Source: Eledone cirrhosa (lineage: Eukaryota). From it: a stretch of DNA of 64,000 nt. The notes beneath the pieces are model-generated. The model saw nothing but the letters and a program-made list of their open reading frames with translations. It did no database searches and was not told where the DNA came from. Positions 56,087 to 64,000 of this stretch are shown here, in pieces. Each line of letters starts with the position of its first letter. Positions within the stretch are counted from its first letter, which is position 1. The translations under genes and the position numbers were made by a program. The stretch spans positions 240,002,001 to 240,066,000 of the forward strand of contig OZ024743.1 in the NCBI GenBank assembly GCA_964016885.1. Reading direction: 5' to 3'.

Positions 56087-56930
56087 AGAGTTGGGGGAAG
56101 AACGAGGTTCCATGTTCAGGAAAAGGTGTGGGCAGGTGGGGTGTAGGTCGGTGTGTGTGTGCGCGTGATATATATATATAAGCGTGTGTGTGATAATGGT
56201 TTCCAATTAGAACAAAACCCGTAATTTGAGGGAAGGGAAAAAGGATTATATCGACCACGGAAGTATGAAAAAGGGTGTTGTCCTGAGCGTAATTTGAATT
56301 CAGAACGTCAAGAGCTGGAACAAATACCTGAAAACATTTTCCCCAAAGCTCTTACAATTCCGCTAATTCACTGCCCTATGTAGTCATAATTGTTTCTACT
56401 TTAGGCACAAGGCCAGAAATGTGAAGGGGAGGGGAAAGTCGATTAAATCGACAACAGTGCTTACTGGTACTTTATTTTCTCAACCCCGTAATCACGTAAC
56501 GCAATGCTAATCTCGGTGGGATTTGAACTCAGAACGCAAAGGGCCGTAACTCTATGCTACGAGGCATGGTATACGACGCTCTACCGATACTGCCAATCCA
56601 CCGCCCTCTTACATGTAGTCATAATAAAAGAGATGGGGGGAGGTTATGAAGGCCTTAAAGGATAAAAGAATAAAGGCAAGGATGTTTATTGCTGTTGTTG
56701 CTTGTACATGATGTCACTGCTAGTTGTCTTTCTTAAAAGTAAGAGGCGCCTGGACGCTTCATTTAATTAGTTCTCTGTCTTAAGTGTGTCGCTTCAAAGA
56801 TGATAGATTCACAGTGGGAGAGGACAGGCGGTGTACCATCCATCGATACATTCATACATACAATGGACACATACACTGACATATGTGTATATACATATAT
56901 ATATGTGTGTGTGTGAGTGTGTTTGTGTGT

Positions 56931-56970
<40 letters not shown>

Positions 56971-57070
56971 TAAATCCTCCTGCTGTGACTTTTAACCTTC
57001 CGAAATTACATGCGTTTATATATATAACTATATATGTACTGTCCCCTACTGTTTATATAAATACAAAGGG

Positions 57071-57192
<122 letters not shown>

Positions 57193-57555
57193 ACAGAGAG
57201 GCAGAGACAGTCAGAGAGACGGAGACAAGAATTCGTTTTCTCATACTGGCAACTATTATCCTGTACAAATGTATTTGTACAGGATACATAAACAACAAGC
57301 AGTAATCTGAGAGAGAATACTAACAACAAATATCTTGAGAATAATCATATATGTGTAGGATATATATATATAACATAAAATGATGACAAGAAATAAAGTG
57401 AACCTACTAAGCAGTAGAAAATCATACCTGAATGTACAGGTAAATCAGCTGCTGCTCTTCATCCAAAGAACTTTCCAACTCGCTGACGTTTCGATTGACT
57501 CTTTTGGCGGTAATTTATTGCTATGGTAGAATGACAGCTGACACAGCTGCAGATA

Positions 57556-57619
<64 letters not shown>

Positions 57620-58268
57620 TGTGGTTACCTCCGATTCAACCCGGAATAACTTATATATATACATATATATATATATAGATATATATGGTGGCTGCCAACT
57701 CGTTTTCGAGTACGGCCACTACTTTATATCCATGTAGGAGAACCCCTACCGATGCGCTGAACGAGTGTGACTTTTTAGTCCAGCCAGCGACTTGAAAACT
57801 CTGGTACAAACACTACACTTGTGACAATTATTGACACATAGTGCTGGGCCCATGGAACCATGTGACCACAAGTGCAGAGAGATCTCCAGTTATAAAGCAA
57901 TGCCTGTGCCGCGAAGCTTTTATAGTGAGCAAAGGCACTGCACAAAGCCAGTCCCACTCTTTTAACCAAGATGATATTTACCAAAAAGAAGAACAAGTCA
58001 ACATCATTGGATACCATCAGAGTTGCAGGTGTTATATCAGAGTTTTCCTTCTCCTAGAATTCTGCCTTGACAAAGGCTAAGGGGTCATCTCTCTCGGTGA
58101 TTTTGGATGGCCATTGACTCTAAGAGCTCCTTTGCCCTTTGACAGGTTTTGTTTTTAGTCCCGCAGGATGTCCAAAGTCACCCTCCTCACCAAGAAACCT
58201 TGGTGGGGTTGCCAGTTTAGTCGCCAACGACCCGACCATGAGACAGGTTGTACTGGGATATAGATATA

Positions 58269-58299
<31 letters not shown>

Positions 58300-58305
58300 A
58301 TATAT

Positions 58306-58336
<31 letters not shown>

Positions 58337-58353
58337 GGGGAGAGAGGGAGAGA

Positions 58354-58444
58354 GAATAAGAAAAAGCGAAGTAGTTTCAGATGTTAAAGTCCTTTATCAT
58401 TAAAGGACTTTAACATCTGAAAACTACTTCGCTTTTTCTTATTC
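58354..58444. repeat. ~90-bp palindrome
   Basis: gaataagaaaaagcgaagtagtttcagatgttaaagtccttta / reverse complement. Confidence 0.9.
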
Positions 58445-59199
58445 GATATATACTCCGTCACTCGTATGTGGAAAAAGTACGTTAAGTGCTTGAATTGAAT
58501 TGCATCAATATTTACCTTAAGTATATATATATATATATGTGTGTGTATGTATGTATGTATGTATGTGATTGTGTGTGTGTGTGTGTAATATATATCGTAG
58601 GAGGGGGGTGTTCGGGTAGAGAGAATACCTTGTTTTCCGGCAACAGTATCATTATGGATGGATGAGTACATTGATTTTCACCTAACTCTCACTATTGGCA
58701 CCAACATCTTTTTCAGTCAACATCGAAACTGCAACTGCTGGCAGGCTAAACATAGTGAGCGACTTGATGCTTGGAGAAGCGATGGGCACCGCTAAGGGCC
58801 TTGTTTCAGGGGGGGGGGGCAGGGGAAACTTTTACCTTGTGAAACTTTTACAATGGGAAACTTTTACCTCGTTTCATGGGGGGGGGGGGGGGGGGCATGG
58901 GAAAATTTTACTCGTGTGATAGGGTTCGAGAAAGGCACCATAAGCAATACTAACATGTTACTTTAAGAATCAACAAATGTTGGTTTGTTCCCCTCACATT
59001 TTTAAGGCAGACGAGGGACCTGGGCACCGCCAAGCATTTTAAGGCCCACTGAAATGCGATGATAGACAAACAGTAAATAACATGCCGAATCGATCGAAGC
59101 CCGGAAACCAACAACTGCGCTCACCACTGCTATTTACCAAAGGAGAGGTGATCAATATGCAACTGGGATGACAACACCAATGGCAATGACACTCACATC

Positions 59200-60125
59200 G
59201 AGAACCATTAATTTTTCTAAAGAATATGCTGTCTTTGGGACATGGAACGTCCGCACTCCATATGCTTGTGGAAGGACGAAAGAATTTACACATGAACTTG
59301 CCTGAGATATCTTGGGTCTGACTGAAATCAGAAAGACTGGATTTGGTGAGACAGCTACAGACGAAGGCCACAATTCGTGGTACAGTGTGGATGACACTAA
59401 GCACAAACGTGGAGTGGATTTCATCCTTAACAAAACTAGAATGAGATCAGACATCAGCTGTACACCAGTATCTAGCAGACCCATCACCATGCGTGTGACT
59501 GCAAGATCACAAAACATTACCATCATATAAGTCTATGCACCAAAACATCATCAGGACAGCTCCCAGAAAAGAGATCCGCATCTACGTGGGAGACTGGAAT
59601 GCCAAAGTAGGCCCAATAGGCTGGGACTCAGCTTTCTAGAATTTGCTAACATCCACAAACTGACACTAGCCAACACACTGTTCCCACACAAGTTCTCACG
59701 CAGACCAATATGGCATGAACCCAATGGTAGGACTCACCACCAAATTGAACTCAAAAGTTTGTGTCCAGTATCAATAAGGTCAACACTAGTACCTTCCAAG
59801 CCTGGTGCAGATGCCAACAGTGATTATGATTTGGATCTGAAGACACTAAAGCTTAAATGGAAAAGGCAGTCACACGTATCAGGTTTGATGAAGACAAACT
59901 AAGATATCCTAGGTTTGCAGCAATGTTTGAGGCATACGTAGGTGGCAAGTTTGCATCCCTCAACCGTCTAGAAGAGGATCGTAGCCCTTAATCGACATGG
60001 AGGAAAAACTTCCTGAAACACCTTTACTAGTCCTAGGGAAAAAGAGAAGGAAAAATAAACAATGCTCACTGACATCTTGGACCTATGTCAGTTAAGACAT
60101 GACTTGAAAATCAAGCTCACAGATC
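59200..60125 (+). pseudogene. Decayed RTE-like LINE, APE endonuclease region
   Basis: GTWNVRT, LGLTEIR, GVDFIL, SSRPITMR, VYAP, GDWNAKVG, LTLANT motifs with stops. Confidence 0.85.
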
Positions 60126-60345
60126 AGGAGGCAAGAGAATAGAAGAATAATGGTTTGAATATTTCTAGACCAGAATGTTCTAAGAATCCAGCGAAACATC
60201 TTTTTATGCGGGTACTCCATCTTAAGTTGTTATCGACAGTTACTCCAAAGTTTCTGGTGGTGTTTGGTGCCACGAGGGTTTTGCACGAGAGAAAAGAATA
60301 AGGTGAATTAAGTGGATCTTCTTTTCCAAAATGGATTAACTCATC
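60124..60345 (-). pseudogene. CR1/L2-like RT fragment
   Basis: TRNFGVTVDNNLRWSTRI resembles the KDLGV..D..L.W..HI motif. Confidence 0.55.
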
Positions 60346-60627
60346 TGTCTCCTCGTTTAGGAGCAAGCCTATAGTTGTCACCCATTGGATAGCAACAAAC
60401 AGGCAAAGCTAAGCTCTACAGGTTACAAACGTTATAATAATTGTTTCTACTTTTGGCACAAGGCCAGCAATTACCCAGTGCATTACTGGTGAGAGTGTGT
60501 GTGTTCTCATGCGTACAGATGGTCTTTCTTCCGTTATGGGGACTTATATGTCCTGTCATTAGAATATTTTGTGTAGTCAAAATACGGCGAAAGCTTCTAA
60601 CTCAATTTTAAACACACGCACGCACGC

Positions 60628-60758
<131 letters not shown>

Positions 60759-60939
60759 TAGATTACCGAGTTGCGTCGAGGGGTAACCACATTTGAAATA
60801 GGTACTCAATACATAAATGCAGATTATTCCATTGTTAAGATAAGACACGAGAATTAAAAAAAAAACACTCAAAATACAGAAAATAATCAAAAACAGAAGA
60901 CAACCTTATAAGTTACTCAACAATGCCAAGTTACCCACC

Positions 60940-61355
60940 ACAAGCCTAATACCAACAGTTGTAAAGTCACCGTAATCGAAGGACTTGTATCAACTATATT
61001 GAAGTCAAGTTGTATATATTTAAATGAGGATAAATTTTTATCGGAAATAAATAATTTCACTTGTTCGTCAAAAAGTATAATATATGCTATTAAAATGTAA
61101 AAAGAAGTATGGAAGACTACATAGCACAAACAAATCTTACCCCTAGAAACAGAATGGCTACTCATCGTCAACAAATACGAGACCCCAGTACTAGTCAAAT
61201 CCAAGTGAGTGGGCATCTAGAATTACGTACGACAACTAGGTGCTCCAAGCTTCAAGTTTCTCCACTTTACTTTTTTCAGATAATACCACTGGTCAAACAC
61301 GAATAAATAGAGAAAAATATTTATACAAAGATACAAACCACAACTGAAAGTTAAG
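60940..61355 (+). pseudogene. Decayed PLE GIY-YIG fragment
   Basis: NFTCSSKSIIYAI..YIAQT..RNRMATHRQQI; similar to 39425-39841. Confidence 0.75.
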
Positions 61356-61663
61356 GAAGTACATTCAATAACAACTATTACTACTCATACACAAACACAC
61401 ATTCACATTAACATCATAAAAGGAAAACACAGAGAAGAATTACGCAAAATATATGTTTAAGAAAGTCTCAACGTACCGGACTTACGAACATTATATCAGC
61501 ATACATCACACACACACACACACGCACATACATAGTTAATAAATGACACAAACAATACACAAGAGGCAATTTTTACAGTTATATTAGGTTCACGGCATCC
61601 ATTCATTCATACATCCATCCAATGCATATAAACATACATACATGCATACATACATACATACAT

Positions 61664-62586
61664 AAATCTCTCACCCAGAGAAATCGGAAGATCCTATTCA
61701 ATGTTCAAACAAGATAAAAAAATTGACCAAGTTACAGAAAAAGTTGTGCATGGATACTTGAGGCGTAAAACACAGACCATAGAGGGGATAAACCACTCAA
61801 AAAGCCTGGCATGGAGTTCCGACAAGTTTATGACATCACACCTTGAGGGATATCTCTATGCAATACAGGAACAAGAACTCCCTACCAAATATCTGCTGCA
61901 CAAAAGAGGAGGGCCAGCAGCTGACAATAAATGTAGGCTATGTAAAACAAAGATCGAGGATGTAAGCTACATTGTTGCCAGCTGCGAAAGAATGTCATCT
62001 CGCTACTACCTCCCCACGAGACACGATGGGATAGCTAGAACCATCTGGAACGCACTTCGGAAAACAAAATTAACAACAAATGAGGAAGAATATATTGAGA
62101 CAGATGGCACTAAGGAATACTGGTGGAACCTGAAAATAAAAACTGCCACCAAATTAAAGCACAACCGGCCCGATATTGTAGTTTGGGACCACACATTGAA
62201 AACGTGTTCTGTTGTGGAGATCAGCTGCCCACTTGATGTAAACGTTGTCAGAAAAATACAGGAGAAGGAGGACATCTACGGACCATTGATGAGGAGTTTA
62301 CAAATCCAGTATCCAAGATACACCTTTAGCTTCATACCCATCATTATTGGAGCTATGGGTTATATACCAACCCGCTTGGACCAAAGTATGACTGAACTTG
62401 GATTTGCGGACAAAAAGCGCAGCTCCCTAATTCATAGTCTACAAATGGCTGCGATAGCTGGCACCTTCAAAATTTGCAAAACATTCTTGCGATTCAAGGG
62501 ATGACAATTTATTTTCTTTTACAACCTTGCCACCAGGAAGGTGGCCGGTCAAAAAAATATACTCGAAATTAAGAGAAAGAGAAAAC
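61664..62586 (+). mobile_element. 5'-truncated R4/Dong-like non-LTR element (Zn knuckle and restriction-like endonuclease)
   Basis: AIQEQ, CRLC..E...IVASC, RHD, RPDIVVWD, VEISCP, PIIIGAMG; (CATA)n on both sides. Confidence 0.88.
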
Positions 62587-63238
62587 ATACATATACATAC
62601 ATAAAATGGCGACCGTTGTGGTCAGTGTCCGATAATCGGACGTGTGTAATTACGGCTTACATGAAGGCAACATACCATATATTGGAAAAAGTTGAGCTAC
62701 ATTACGCGGTAAGATTACATACAATAATTCTACATAAGTGTTTGAACTGTAAGTGTGTTGTAAAACACCTATTTATATGAACGATACATACACTTATGAT
62801 ATATGAACGATACATATACTTTAACATATAAATGCAACGTTGTTATATTACATTTATAAAGAAATATACAAGTAACGTTTTCGATTCAGAAACAAAAATA
62901 TAAGTGTTTGAACTGTGAATATGTTGTAAATAGGTTGTAGAACACCTATTTATATGAATGATACATAAACTTTAACATATAAATACAGCGTTGTTATATT
63001 ATATTACATGCATAAAGGAATATACTAAGTAACGGTTCTTTTTGTTCTCGATTCAAACGATTCAAGAACAACGTTTAAAACACAGTTGTAGAATTAAAAA
63101 CTAACTGAAAAGAAATATTACCCAAGCTGTGAATAACTTTAAATTTGATTCTGACAGAACTTTGTCGTAACTTTTAAAGAAGATCATCGACTATTTTGAA
63201 AAATAAATACGAAATATTAGTGAATAGACGAACTCATC

Positions 63239-64000
63239 ATGGCAAAAAGTACAAGTCTCCTTCGACCAAATCGCAATTACAACCGTAGTACACAGTGGAG
63301 CTACGAGCTTAAAAAAGTATTATATGAAGCATACAAACAATCTGAACCCCAAAAGTTCGGTTTTATGCAAAGGCTAAAAACTTTATGGAACTCCAAACAC
63401 CCAGAATTAGACTTTTCTCCAAAGCATTTAAATGAACAGGCAAAACGTATCATTAGATGTAAATTGATACATCTAACGGAATTGAGTGATACTACAAATA
63501 CAGCCCTTGTAGACAACCACCCCACCTCCACTGACAGACAGAGAGAATGGCCAGCTAAATCTAACAGTGAACAGCTCACCAACAATTTTGCTGAAATCCA
63601 TCCCACTTCCACTGAAGAACAGCGAGAAAGGTCAGCTGACTCTAGTAGTAATTGTCACCACATCAACAACGAGGCTGAAATTCATGACTCTACTGAACAA
63701 ACAGAGCACCAAAAACTTGTGGGCTCCCTACAAGTGATATGGAACGATATGTTTCAAGAGATACACAGCCTTAATGTGAGTGACAGACCATACAACACTA
63801 GAGTCAGTAAAGAACCCACTAAATTGGAATTGGAAGCGGTGAACGAAATAGCTGGCAGTTATCTGAAGGCTATACGATCTAAAGGTGTAGAAACGACATT
63901 TGAAACGCTTAATGTTTTGTTATATGTTTCAGCTGTCACATTGCTATCATATAACACACATCTAAAACCACGCAATCAAGATACAAGCAGAAAGCCTGAA
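63239..64000 (+). CDS. N-terminal 254 codons of an R4/Dong-like retrotransposon ORF, open to the window end (absent from the ORF track)
   Basis: Manual translation without stops: MAKSTSLL..QWSYELKKVLYEAYKQSEPQKFGFMQRLKTLWNSKHP..HLNEQAKRI..TLNVLLYVSAVT; resembles the R4-clade N-terminus; lies downstream of an RLE element. Confidence 0.75.
   Translation, partial: MAKSTSLLRPNRNYNRSTQWSYELKKVLYEAYKQSEPQKFGFMQRLKTLWNSKHPELDFSPKHLNEQAKRIIRCKLIHLTELSDTTNTALVDNHPTSTDRQREWPAKSNSEQLTNNFAEIHPTSTEEQRERSADSSSNCHHINNEAEIHDSTEQTEHQKLVGSLQVIWNDMFQEIHSLNVSDRPYNTRVSKEPTKLELEAVNEIAGSYLKAIRSKGVETTFETLNVLLYVSAVTLLSYNTHLKPRNQDTSRKPE

Overview
AT-rich eukaryotic (animal) DNA with no recognisable host gene. The (TA)n/(CA)n density, tRNA-derived Meta-type SINEs and transposon mix resemble a cephalopod (octopus-like) genome; this is inference. 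Most ORF-track entries are microsatellite translations. The window is a mosaic of decayed mobile elements: at least 8 Penelope-like element (PLE) coding fragments (RT and/or C-terminal GIY-YIG), many short non-coding units inserted in (TA)n tracts (often with inverted or fold-back ends), RTE and CR1-like LINEs, two mariners, Helitrons and a tandem pair of R4/Dong-type retrotransposons in a (CATA)n tract. Many PLE-linked units carry hammerhead ribozyme (HHR) motifs. The main finding is a family of non-coding, partially tandem units (monomers about 514-633 nt; 6 motif copies at 4 loci). They contain the full hammerhead catalytic core in an order that fits none of types I/II/III: stem I is formed as a pseudoknot and stem III is joined through a kink-turn to an extra helix, with covariation between subfamilies. 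All folds were made by eye. Activity and novelty are untested.
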